From assembly GCA_963733195.1 (NCBI GenBank), contig CAVTCR010000060.1, positions 64,799-128,798 of the forward strand: a stretch of DNA of 64,000 bases, in the 5' to 3' direction. Source of the DNA: an uncultured delta proteobacterium (lineage in GTDB: Bacteria; Desulfobacterota; Binatia; Bin18). Below are positions 50,371 to 61,293 of this stretch, in pieces. The translations under genes and the position numbers were made by a program. Position 1 is the stretch's first letter, and each line of letters starts with the position of its first letter. Under the pieces are notes generated by a model that saw nothing but the letters and a program-made list of their open reading frames with translations, searched no databases and was not told where the DNA came from.

Positions 50371-51113
50371 AAGTGCTCCAGTGACTCTGGCATTGGGGCA
50401 TCGGTACTCACTGCCAGTGCCATCGTAATCGGGCCGAAACGTTCTTCCTGTTGTATACTCACCATACGGGTGCGCACGAGTTCAAGCAGGGCAAGAAAAG
50501 TCATCAGGATTTGCAAGCGCGTACAACCAACTGGGAACGCCTCGGAGAACAGCATCTCCCTGCGTTCGCGTAAGGTGTCGAGGATCACGACGAGTCGTTC
50601 TCGTAGTGAAACGTTTTCAAGAATGACCTCATGTACCACCTCGGGGGCAGCCCGTTTTAGCACTTCTTGCAATGCGTCAAGCAGATCTCCCAACGAGACA
50701 TCGTAGATAAGATCACTCTCAGTTTCAGTTTCGTCTCGTACCGGCAGGCGCGTAAAGACATCACGGTCCAGTTGATCACGGCGTGCTAGCATCTCTGCGG
50801 CTTCTTTGAAACGCTGGTATTCAAGCAGCTGCCGCGCAAGTTCGGCGCGTGGATCTTCTCCCTCGTCTTCCTCAGGATTCTCGTCGGTTGGTAGCAGCAT
50901 GCGAGATTTGAGGTGCACAAGCGTCGCCGCCATCACAAGGTACTCACCAGCAATGTCTAAGTCGAGTTGCTGGAGCAACTCCATGTACGCCAGGTATTGA
51001 TCAGTGATGATCGCAACCGGAATGTCGGACGGATCAACCTCGTTCTTTTTCACGAGGTGAAGAAGAAGATCGAGCGGTCCTTCAAAAACATCGAGCTTGA
51101 CACGGTACAACAT
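50367..51113 (-). CDS. scpA: Segregation and condensation protein ScpA
   Basis: FEGPLDLLLHL, EYLVMAATL, KSRMLLP, TFLALLEL. Confidence 0.95.
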   Translation of the reverse strand: MLYRVKLDVFEGPLDLLLHLVKKNEVDPSDIPVAIITDQYLAYMELLQQLDLDIAGEYLVMAATLVHLKSRMLLPTDENPEEDEGEDPRAELARQLLEYQRFKEAAEMLARRDQLDRDVFTRLPVRDETETESDLIYDVSLGDLLDALQEVLKRAAPEVVHEVILENVSLRERLVVILDTLRERREMLFSEAFPVGCTRLQILMTFLALLELVRTRMVSIQQEERFGPITMALAVSTDAPMPESLEHL

Positions 51114-51233
51114 AAGAACACTCTGAGTTCTCGCCATCTGCTTTCAGACTGAGGATGGTAACTGTAGGTTAGAAATCGAACACTTGTCGTTTAGCCCATA
51201 CCGCCCTACATTCCACCTCCTCTCCGTTCGGCC

Positions 51234-51890
51234 TCACAACAACGTGCCGATCAGAAACGCTTGCATCGGGCGCAAGATGCGATCGAGAACTCCCGAGGTC
51301 AGCAGCAACAGAATAATAAGCATACCGTACGGCTCAAGGCGCGCTAAGGCGAGGGCCGGTGTCCGAGGTAATAGTCCTGTGGCAACACGTCCACCATCAA
51401 GCGGAGGAATCGGCAACATGTTAAAGACGGCAAGACTGACGTTAATGAGAAGGCAAGCTTGTGCGAGTTGAAAGAGCATCATGGCGTTATTGGTGGAAAT
51501 CCCACTCTTCAGAAAGGCCGAAGAGAGCAGAAACTTCAACACAAATGCTGCGATCCCAGCGAGGAGGAGATTCACCAGTGGACCAGCCAACGCAACCAGC
51601 ACCATGTCTCGACGCGGTTGGTAGAGGTTATGAAAGTTTACCGGCACCGGCTTCGCATAACCAAACAGGAACGGAGAGCCGCTAAAGAGAAGAATAGCGG
51701 GCAAGACCACTGTCCCAAAAGGGTCAACATGCGCGATGGGATTGAGGGTCAGTCGTCCAGCTTGCGCCGCGGTGGGGTCTCCAAGGCGATAGGCTACAAA
51801 TCCATGCGCAAGTTCGTGCAAAACAACAGCAATAAGGATTGGAAAGGCTAACAAGATAATCTTTTGAAGCAAAGGTACAGCTGCTTCCAT
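51234..51890 (-). CDS. Site-2 protease (M50) family protein
   Basis: HELAH, GRLTLNP, AGP, FNMLPIPPLDG. Confidence 0.93.
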   Translation of the reverse strand: MEAAVPLLQKIILLAFPILIAVVLHELAHGFVAYRLGDPTAAQAGRLTLNPIAHVDPFGTVVLPAILLFSGSPFLFGYAKPVPVNFHNLYQPRRDMVLVALAGPLVNLLLAGIAAFVLKFLLSSAFLKSGISTNNAMMLFQLAQACLLINVSLAVFNMLPIPPLDGGRVATGLLPRTPALALARLEPYGMLIILLLLTSGVLDRILRPMQAFLIGTLL

Positions 51891-52095
51891 TAGCGCTACT
51901 GTATAGATTCCCACTGTCGGTGACAAGACGGTAGGGAAGTCGCAAGCAGGTCCAGACAAGCCAAGACACATCTTGGCCTTACCTGAAACCAACTCTGGAC
52001 CTGTCCTAAGACTTGCTGGTGACTCCTTTTGACTTCTCCCAACTGGTTTTGATAGGTAGCGTTGCCTGCCAATGCGGAGAGTGAAAGGGAAGAGA

Positions 52096-53654
52096 GTGAA
52101 ACCATCAACACAAGTAGCCTCGCTAGTAACCGACGCAAAAGAAGCACGGTCTGGACTCGATCCGTGGAAAGTCGACGAGCTTCCTATACCACCAGTTCAC
52201 TAAAGGTCTGGGGCTTTCTCGGAGTTATTGGTCCGGGCGCGATCATCCTCGGAACGTCGATCGGTAGCGGGGAATGGTTGCTAGGACCAGCCGCGTTTGT
52301 GAAATATGGCATGTCCTTGCTCTGGGTGACCACTGTCGCCGCCATATTGCAAACGATCTTCAATACCGAGCTGATGCGTTACACCCTCTATACCGGCGAA
52401 CCGGCAGTAGTTGGATTTATGCGCACCAAACCGCACTCGACCTTCTGGGCTTGGTTTTACACGCTACTCTATTTTCTCCAGGTGGGTTGGCCAGCGTGGG
52501 CGGGTGCAGCAGCAGGAGCGATCTTTTACGTCTTTAGCGGCCAACTAGCCGGTCCGGCAAATGCATCTACGGTGTACTGGATCGGTGTTGGCACCTTTGC
52601 GACCTGCGTGGCGATTCTCATGTTCGGTCGCCATATCGAGCACACGCTGGAGATCCTCAACTGGACGTTAGTTATCGTTATCCTCGGCGGACTGACGTTG
52701 CTGTGTTTGTTCTTCGCAAGCAGGGAGCGATGGATAGAGGCCGGGGTTGGGTTCTTCGGCTTCAGTGTCCCTACTGGCTCATTTACCTTTTTCCCACCTG
52801 GAGCCGATTGGTTTTTGATTAGCGCATTCGCTGCCTATTCCGGTGCCGGTGGTGTAACCAACTTAACTCTTTCCAACTGGGCACGGGACAAAGGATTCGG
52901 GATGGGCAAGATCGTTGGCTTTATCCCTGCTGCAGTGGGAGGTCAGGGAATTCTCCTCGCGCACTCAGGAAGTGTGTTCAAAATAACGCCAGAAAGCTTG
53001 GCACGCTGGCAAGGTTGGTGGCGGATCGTCAGGATTGATCAATGGGGCGTGTTCTTCATCGGCGCCCTGCTTGGGATGGGGCTGCCTGCAATACTCTACA
53101 CCTCATTCATCCAGAGTGGTGAAGATATTCGTGGCCTCGCGATAGCGACAGCGTTGGCGAATGCGATGTCCACGCGCAATGGTGCGGCGCTGGGCACGCT
53201 TGTCGCGCTGATGGGGGCATGGATGCTGTTCAAAACCCAACTCGATATTTTGGAGGGAACGGTCCGTGCGGTAACAGACATCCTCTGGACTGGTAGCGAG
53301 CGGGTGCGGCAATGGAGTCGTGGAGAAGTACGGATCGTGTATTACTCGGTTCTCGCAGCGGTCGTAGCGTGGGGATTGATTGCTCTAGGGCTCGCACAAC
53401 CGATCATCCTGTTACAGTTAGGCGCAAACATCGCCGGTGTGGTGTTCGTCATCAGCGCGCTACACCTTCTGTATATCAACATGACCTTCCTGCCCAGAGA
53501 ACTTCAGCCTCCGCTCTGGCGGCGGGCGGCTTTAGTGTTGATGGCACTCTTCTACGGTTTCTTCGTTTACCTCTGGCTCATGGGGGGCCTCGTTCCCGAT
53601 CCAGAGAAAGGGTTCTTGTTCGGCATTCTTGGGAACGGACTTATCGGGAAGTGA
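52096..53654 (+). CDS. Nramp/APC-superfamily membrane transporter; probable frameshift near 52200
   Basis: About 12 TM helices; GPG...SIGSGEW; upstream frame from GTG 52096 encodes LDPWKVDELPIPP, a plausible N-terminus. Confidence 0.75.
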
Positions 53655-53789
53655 AGCTTGTGGATCTGTCGGCGCGTAGGAGGCGATGATGTGATGCGAA
53701 TCCCGAACACCCTCCAGAAGATTGCCGCTTGCTGATGAGGGGTCGGCCGTTTTCTTGTTCTGCACCGCCTAAAGGAGTAAAGAAGCACC

Positions 53790-56700
53790 ATGCGCTGTGT
53801 AAGCTGTGGCTTCGAGAATCCCGACGGGCTCAAAGTTTTGCAATGAGTGTGGTGCCGCACTCAAAGGGCGCTGTGCTCAGTGTGGCTTTGAGAATGCGCC
53901 GCAGGCCAAGTTCTGTGGGGAATGTGGTACGACGCTCACCGGGCGAACTTCCGTTTCCAAGCTCCAACCTCCTCCAGAGCGTCCGGCTCCTGCGAGTTAC
54001 ACGCCTGCCCATCTGGCCGCACGTATTCTGTCTGAACAAGCGGCCATGGCAGCTCGTGGTCTCACCGACGGTGAGCGTAAGACGATCACCGCGCTGTTTG
54101 CCGATCTCAAAGGCTCCACGGCGCTCATCGAAGGCCTTGATCCTGAAGAGGCACAAGCGATTATTGACCCTGCCCTCCAGCTCATGATGGATGCCGTGCA
54201 TCACTACGAAGGGTATGTAGCGCAGGCGCTAGGCGATGGTATCTTTGCCTTGTTCGGTGCACCTATTGCCCACGAGGACCATCCCCAGCGCGCCCTGTAT
54301 GCCGCTCTCCGCATGCAGGAGGAGATGCGCCGCTATGCCGATACGCTGCGGCAGAAAGGGTATCCCCCGCTGCTGATGCGCGTGGGGATCAACACCGGCG
54401 AAGTGGTGGTGCGCTCCATTCGCAAAGACGATTTGCATACGGACTATGTCCCCGTAGGGCATTCCACCAACTTGGCGGCCCGCATGGAACAATTGGCGGC
54501 GCCGGGCTCCATCCTGGTGACCGAGCAAACGCAGAAACTCACGGGCGGCTACTTTGAGTTCAAGGCGCTGGGAAAGACACAGGTCAAAGGGATGGAAGAG
54601 CCGCTCAGTGTCTACGAGGTTATTGGCGCGGGGCCTTTACGCACACGGCTGCAAGTGGCCGTCAGACGGGGACTGACGCAATTCGTTGGCCGCCACCGGG
54701 AGATGGACCAACTCCATCTCGCCCTTAACCAAGCCAAGGCAGGGCATGGCCAAATCGTCGGGGTGATGGGCGAACCTGGGCTCGGGAAATCGCGCCTGTT
54801 TTACGAATTCAAGCTGCTACCTCGCAAAGCTGGCTGTCTGGTGCTGGAAGCCTACTCGGTCTCCCACGGGAAAGCGTCACCGTACCTGCCAGTCATTGAG
54901 CTGCTCAAGAGCTACTTCCAGATACAACCCCAAGATGCGGAGCGGCAGCGCAAGGAGAAGATTGCGGGGAAAGTGCTGATGCTCGACCGCAACCTCGAAG
55001 ACACGTTGCCCTACCTCTTCGCCCTGATGGGTATCGAGGACCCGACTTCCAGTCTACAGCAAATGGACCCCCAGATTCGCCGGCGGCGGACGTTTGACGC
55101 CCTCAAGAAGTTGTTCTTACGCGAGAGTCTCAATCAGCCCCTGATCCTGAACTTTGAAGACCTGCACTGGATCGACAGCGAGACGCAGGGCTTTCTCGAT
55201 ACGTTGAGTGAAAGCGTGGCCAGTGCCCGGATGCTGCTCCTGGTGAACTATCGGCCCGAGTATCGGCATGAGTGGGGAACAAAGACCTACTATACCCAAC
55301 TGCGGCTCTCTCCGCTCGGCCCAGCCGAAGCCGCAGAGCTGCTCAGCTTTTTGCTGGGGAACGACGCGAGCCTCACGGCGGTGAAGCACCTCATTCTGGA
55401 GAAGACGGAGGGAACGCCGTTCTTCATGGAAGAAGTCGTGCAGACCTTGGTGGAAGAGGGAGCAGTGACGGGTGCGCGGGGCAGCTATCACCTGGAGCGA
55501 GCGCCGGCCGCACTGCACATTTCTCCTACCGTGCACGGGGTGCTGGCGGCGCGGATTGACCGTCTCGCGCCCGAGGAGAAAGCCTTGCTGCAACAGCTGG
55601 CGATCATCGGGCGGGAGTTTCCGCTGAGTCTCGTCCGCCAGGTGGTCTCGCAGCCCGAAGAGGAGCTCTACCGCCTGCTGGCGTCGCTACAGCGCAAAGA
55701 GTTCCTGTACGAGCAGCCGGCCTTCCCGGAGGTGGAGTACATTTTCAAGCATGCGCTGACGCAGGAGGTGGCCTACGGCACAGTGCTCCAGGAGCGACGC
55801 AAAGCCTTACACGAACGCACGGCGCAGGCGATCGAGGCGCTGTATCCCGAGCGCTTAGAGGATCACTACAGCGAGCTCGCGTATCACTACAGCCGCAGTG
55901 GCAACACCTCGAAGGCGGTGGAGTATCTGCACCTTGCCGGACAACAGGCGGTGCAGCGCTCGGCGTATGCGGAAGCGATCAGTCATCTCACCACGGCCCT
56001 AGAGCTGCTCAAAACCCTGCCGGATACGCCCGAGCGCGTCCAGCAAGAACTCGCGCTGCAACTCACTCTGGGGGTGCCATTCCAGATCCTCAAGGGGCAT
56101 GCCGCACCCGAGGTGGGCGAAACCTACAACCGGGTCCTAGAGTTGTGCGGGCAGGTGGGGGAAACTGCTCACCTCTTCCCCGCGCTGTTCGGACTGTGGC
56201 GGTTTTACTTGCTGCGCCCAGACGCGCAAAAAGCGCATGAACTGGCCGAGCAGATGATGCGGCTGGCCCAGAACAGCCAAGACCCTGCACTCCTGCTCGA
56301 AGCGCATCGGGCGTTGGGAGCAAGCTTGTTCTGGCTGGGAGAATTGCGGCAAGGCCGCAGGCATCTTGAGCAAGGGATTGCGCTCTACGACATCCACAAA
56401 CACCGCTCGCATGCCTTTCTCTATGGGATTGATCCTGGGGTGTATTGCCTGTGCTTTGCAGGCTGGAATCTCTGGTGTCTGGGCTATCCGGAGCAGGCAC
56501 TGAAGAACACGCAGGACGCATTGCACTTGGCCCACGAGTTAGCGCATCCTCATACTTTGGCTTTTGCCCTAAACATTACTGCGTATGTTCCATCAGTTTC
56601 GTCACGAAGAGACAGCCGTGCGAGAACAGGCAGAAGCACTACTCACGCTTTCGACCGAGCATGGGTTTGCCTATCGAGCGGCGTGGGCGACTCATCTTGC

Positions 56701-57303
56701 AAGGCTGGGTGCTGGCTGCACAAGGCCACAGGGAAGAAGGTGTAGTCCGGATGCAGGAGGGGTTAGCTGCCCAACGGGCTACGGGTGCGGAAGCAGTAGC
56801 TCCGTATTTTCTGGCTCTACAGGCCGAAATATATGGAAAAATGGGACAGCTAGAGGAAGGGCTGGCTGCTCTCGCGGAAGCGTCGGCTCTGATGCAAAGG
56901 ACTGGAGAGCAGTGGTACGAGGCCGAGCTGTATCGGCTGAAGGGGGAGCTAACGCTTCGAGCAGGGAAACGGCGAATGGGTGGACAGGCGAAAAGTCTAA
57001 GGTCGTCCCCAACGCCCGAATCTCGCCAGTCGCCCTACATCGGCTGAAGCCGAGGCGTGCTTTCTCAAAGCCATCGAGATTGCCCGTAAGCAGCAAGCCA
57101 AATCGCTGGAACTGCGCGCGTCAACCAGCCTGGCTCGCCTGTGGCAGCAGCAAGGCAAGAAAGCTGAAGCTCACCAGCTGTTATCCGAGATCTACAACTG
57201 GTTCACCGAAGGCTTTGACACCAAGGATTTGCAAGAGGCGAAGGCATTGATTGAAGAACTGGAAAGCAAGGAAAGTCAGCGCGGGAGCACGAAGCTGCTA
57301 TGA
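53790..57303 (+). CDS. Double zinc ribbon + class III nucleotide cyclase + AAA/STAND ATPase + TPR protein (copy 1); several frameshifts
   Basis: CxxC x4, FADLKGST, GDG, RVGINTG, NLAAR, GEPGLGKS, EDLHW, YIFKHAL, C-terminal WFTEGFDTKDL. Confidence 0.9.
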
Positions 57304-57562
57304 CCGCGCAACGGCCACACGTTGTGGTCCTGGCTGGTCCGAATGGTGCGGGCAAGTCTACAGCCGCTCCCACCCTCCTCAGAGGGCGACTCGGTGTGAC
57401 GGAGTTCGTCAATGCCGACACTATTGCCCGAGGGCTTTCGGGCTTCTCGCCAGAACATGCCGCATTTGATGCCGGGCGGATAAGGCGGGGCGCAAATCAT
57501 CACTGTCAATGCTACGCTCTGGCAACAGATTACGGAGGACTACTATGGTGGAGACAGAACTT
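57300..57562 (+). pseudogene. Zeta-toxin-like/AAA_33 P-loop kinase, internally deleted
   Basis: LAGPNGAGKST and FVNADTIA motifs; similarity breaks off after about 60 codons; ATGA overlap with the upstream cyclase gene. Confidence 0.7.
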
Positions 57563-57760
57563 GATCCTATTGAGCACGCTTTTGCTGAAGGAACTCCGAT
57601 CGACCAAGCTATCGAGGAAGGGGTACAGCAGGCACTCCGTCGTCACAAACGTGCTGGGAACCCGATCGTGGTCTGGCAAGACGGAAGGATGCACTGGATC
57701 ACTCCGGAAGATATTTCAGTTCTCGACGCCCCTCATGTTCTTCATGACGATGGAGAGTGA
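57545..57760 (+). CDS. Small partner protein of the zeta-like kinase (putative antitoxin)
   Basis: GGAGG SD; AIEEGVQQALRRHKRAGNPIVVWQDG, a motif I recognise as typically adjacent to these kinases. Confidence 0.65.
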   Translation: MVETELDPIEHAFAEGTPIDQAIEEGVQQALRRHKRAGNPIVVWQDGRMHWITPEDISVLDAPHVLHDDGE

Positions 57761-57827
57761 AGGGCAATGAGGCAACAGATGTCCTCGCTCGATTGCGTGG
57801 GATAGACGGCCATAAGAGGAATGGCAT

Positions 57828-60800
57828 ATGTCCACTTTTGATGACGTTCTCCAGCAAGTGTTGATTCTCCTCCAACACGAAAGTCGCCTTTCCTATCGAG
57901 CGCTCAAGCGCCGCTTCAGTATTGATGATGAGTATGTCGAAGATCTCAAGGCCGAACTGATTGACGCTAAACGAGTCGCGCTAGACGAAGACGGGAAAGT
58001 GTTAGTGTGGATAGGACAACGGGGGAATGGGGAAAAGGATAAAAGAGGAAACGGCGAAGACAGTCCAAGGTCGCAGGTTCGAGGTCTAGAGTCAAAAGAG
58101 CAAGAGCGAGCTTCTACGGTTTTGACCCCGAACTTCGGACGCCAGGCCCTGGACGCTGCCGCCGAACGACGCCAATTGACGGTGATGTTTTGTGACCTGG
58201 TCGGCTCCACCGCCCTCTCTGAGCAACTCGACCCCGAGGAACTCCGTGAAGTGGTACGTCTTTATCAAGAGACCTGTACTACAGTGATCCGGCGCTACGA
58301 CGGATATATCGCCCAACACCTGGGCGATGGTTTGCTAGTGTACTTTGGTTATCCTATGGCCCATGAAGACGATGCCCAACGGGCCGTGCACACGGGTATC
58401 GAGATCATTACCGCCTTGCGTACGTCATCCCTCCAGTCCAAGCAGTTACCACATCCTCTTCAGGTTCGTATCGGCATTCACACTGGAGTTAGTCGTCATC
58501 GGGGAAATTGGCAGCAGCGAGAAGCGCGAGATACTAGCGTTGGGCGAGACGCCCAACCTTGCCGCTCGTGTCCAAGGCGTAGCCGAGCCCGACACGGTAG
58601 TCATGAGTGCGGTGACACAGCGCCTGGTGCAGGGCTTGTTTGAGTGTCAGGACCTGGGACCCCAGACCCTCAAGGGCATTTCCACTCCAGTGTCGGTGTA
58701 TCGGGTCATCGGCGAGAGTGCGGCGCAGAGCCGCTTTGAGGTGGCCGTCGGTGCTGGCTTAACTCCATTGGTGGGACGCGAAGAAGAGCTAGGATTGTTG
58801 CAGCGACGCTGGACACAGGCCAAAGAGGGGCGGGGCAAGTGGTGCTCCTCAGCGGTGAGGCGGGGATTGGCAAATCCCGCCTGGTGCAGGCGCTCAAGGA
58901 GCAGGTGCTGGCCGAGGGTGCGACGCGCATCGAGTTTCGCTGCTCGCCCTATCACCAGAACAGCGCGTTGTATCCGATCATCGACCACCTGCAGCGGCTC
59001 TTGCAGTTTCAGCGCGAAGAGACGCCCCAAGCCAAACTCACAAGCTCCAACAGACTCTTGCTCACCTATCGTCTTCCCCAGGCCGACACTCTGTTCTCTG
59101 TTAGCGGCCTTGCTCTCGCTGCCACAGCCTGAAGGCATACCCCCGCTGACACTGAGTCCCCAGAAACAGAAGCAAAAGACCCAAGAAGCGTTAGTGGCGT
59201 GGCTGATGGAAGAGGCAGAAAGGCGGCCGTGTACTGTGCCTGGGAAGATCTGCACTGGGCCGATCCTTCCACACTAGAGGTGCTCACCCTCTTTCTGGAG
59301 CAGATCCCGACTACGCGGATGTTCGCCGTGCTGACCTTTCGGCCTGACTTCACACCGCCTTGGAGTGCGCGCTCCTACCTCACCCAGCTCACTCTCAGTC
59401 GCTTAGACGACTCAAGTGGAAGCGATGGTGGAGCAAGTGACAGGCGGTAAAGCTCTGCCGTTGGAGGTCTTGCAACAGATTGTCAGCAAGACCGATGGGG
59501 TGCCACTGTTTGTGGAAGAGTTGACCAAGATGGTAGTGGAGTCAGACTTGGTCCGAGAGGCCGAGGGACGGTATGAGCTGAATGGCCCGTTGCCGCCTCT
59601 CGCGATTCCATCCACGCTGCAAGACTCCCTCATGGCGCGGCTCGACCGCTTGGCCAGCGTGCGGGATATCGCTCAATGGGTGCCACGATTGGGCGCGAAT
59701 TCACGTATGAGTTACTTAGAGCAGTCTCTCCGCTCAACGAGCAAGGATTGCAACAAGGGCTGCGAAACTAGTGGCATCGGAGTTAGTCTTATCAAAGTGG
59801 CATGTCCCCCCAGGCTCGCTATCTCTTCAAACATGCGCTCATGCAGGACACCGCGTATCATTCTCTACTCAAGAGCAACGGCAACAATATCACCGACAGA
59901 TAGCGACAACGCTGGAGGCGCAGTTTCCGCAGACCGTCGAAACCCAACCAGAGTTAGTCGCACATCACTACACCGAGGCAGGGCTCATCGAGCAAGCAAT
60001 TCCTTATTGGCAGCAAGCGGGGGAGCGTGCCACCCAGGGCTCGGCCTATGTGGAAGCAATCAGTCACCTCACCAAAGGGCTGGAGTTGCTCAAGACCCTG
60101 CCAGACACTCCTGAGCGCGGCTCGCAAGAACTGACACTGCAGCTTGCCTTGGGTGCTGCCCTGATAGCTGTCAAAGGCTATACGGCCCCGGAGGTGGAAA
60201 AAGCTGTGACCCGGGCCCGGGAACTGTGCCAACAGCTGGGCGAGACTCCCCAGCTCTTCTGGGTGCTGGGAAGACTGTTTATGTTTTATGTGAACCGGCG
60301 GGAGTTACCAATAGCACGTGAGCTGGCGGAGCAGATGATGCGTCTGGCCCACAGCATCCAAGACCTCTTTCTCCTCTCGACAGCTCACGCGGTACTAGCG
60401 TGTACATTGTACCTGCTTGGAGAGTTGATCTCTGCTCGGACCCACCTTGAGCAGGCGCTTGCTCTGTATGACCCCCAGCAGCACCCTCGCTCCACCGCCG
60501 GTACGGCTGACCTGAGGGTGGATTGCTTATCCTGGGGATCTTACACTTTGTGGCATCTTGGCTATCCAGACCAGGCCCTAGAGCGGAGCCAGAAGGCGGT
60601 GGCCTTGGCCAAGAACTGTCTCATCCCTTTAGTCTGGCCTATGCCTTGGGGTGTGCTGCCTATTTTCATGCTCTCCGCCGGGAGGGACAGATCGCCCGAG
60701 AGCGGGCCGAGGCGGTGATGACCCTGGCAACCGAGCAGGGGTTTCCGTACTGGTTGGCGTATGGGATGGTAGCGCGAGGCTGGGCGCTGGCCGAGCAGGA

Positions 60801-61293
60801 CAGGTGGAAGAAGGCATTGCGCAGATGCAGCAGGGCCTGGCTGCCATCAGGGCTACGGGGGCAGAGCTACACGGCCATCTATCTTGCCCGGCTGGCCGAG
60901 GCGTATGGGAAAGGGGGCAGGAAGAGGAAGGGCTGAACGTGTTGGCCGAGGCGCTGGCTACGGTGGATAAAACTGAGGAGCGTCGACACGAGGCGGAGCT
61001 GTATCGGCTGAAAGGGCGAGCTAACGCTTCACAGTCTAGGTTCAGAGTCGAGAATCGAAGAAGCTGAAGCAGTGTTTTCTCGAAGGCCATCGAGGTTGCC
61101 CGTCGGCAGCAAGCCAAGTCCTGGAGCTGCGGGCGGCGACGAGCTTGGCCCGGCTCTGGCAGCAGCAAGGCAAGAGAAAGAAGCTCACAAGCTGTTGTCC
61201 GAGGTCTACAACTGGTTCACCGAAGGCTTTGACACCAAGGACTTGCAAGAGGCCAAGGCGTTGTTGGAACAGCTGGCGGAGGCAGCCCGATGA
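57828..61293 (+). CDS. Helical N-terminal domain + class III cyclase + STAND ATPase + TPR protein (copy 2); many frameshifts
   Basis: [65 protein letters not shown]. Confidence 0.88.
58021..58155. repeat. In-frame octamer array plus inverted heptamer arrays in the cyclase linker
   Basis: GGGGAATG GGGAAAAG GATAAAAG AGGAAACG; AGTCCAA GGTCGCA GGTTCGA GGTCTAG AGTCAAA ... TTTGACC CCGAACT TCGGACG CCAGGCC CTGGACG. Confidence 0.65.
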
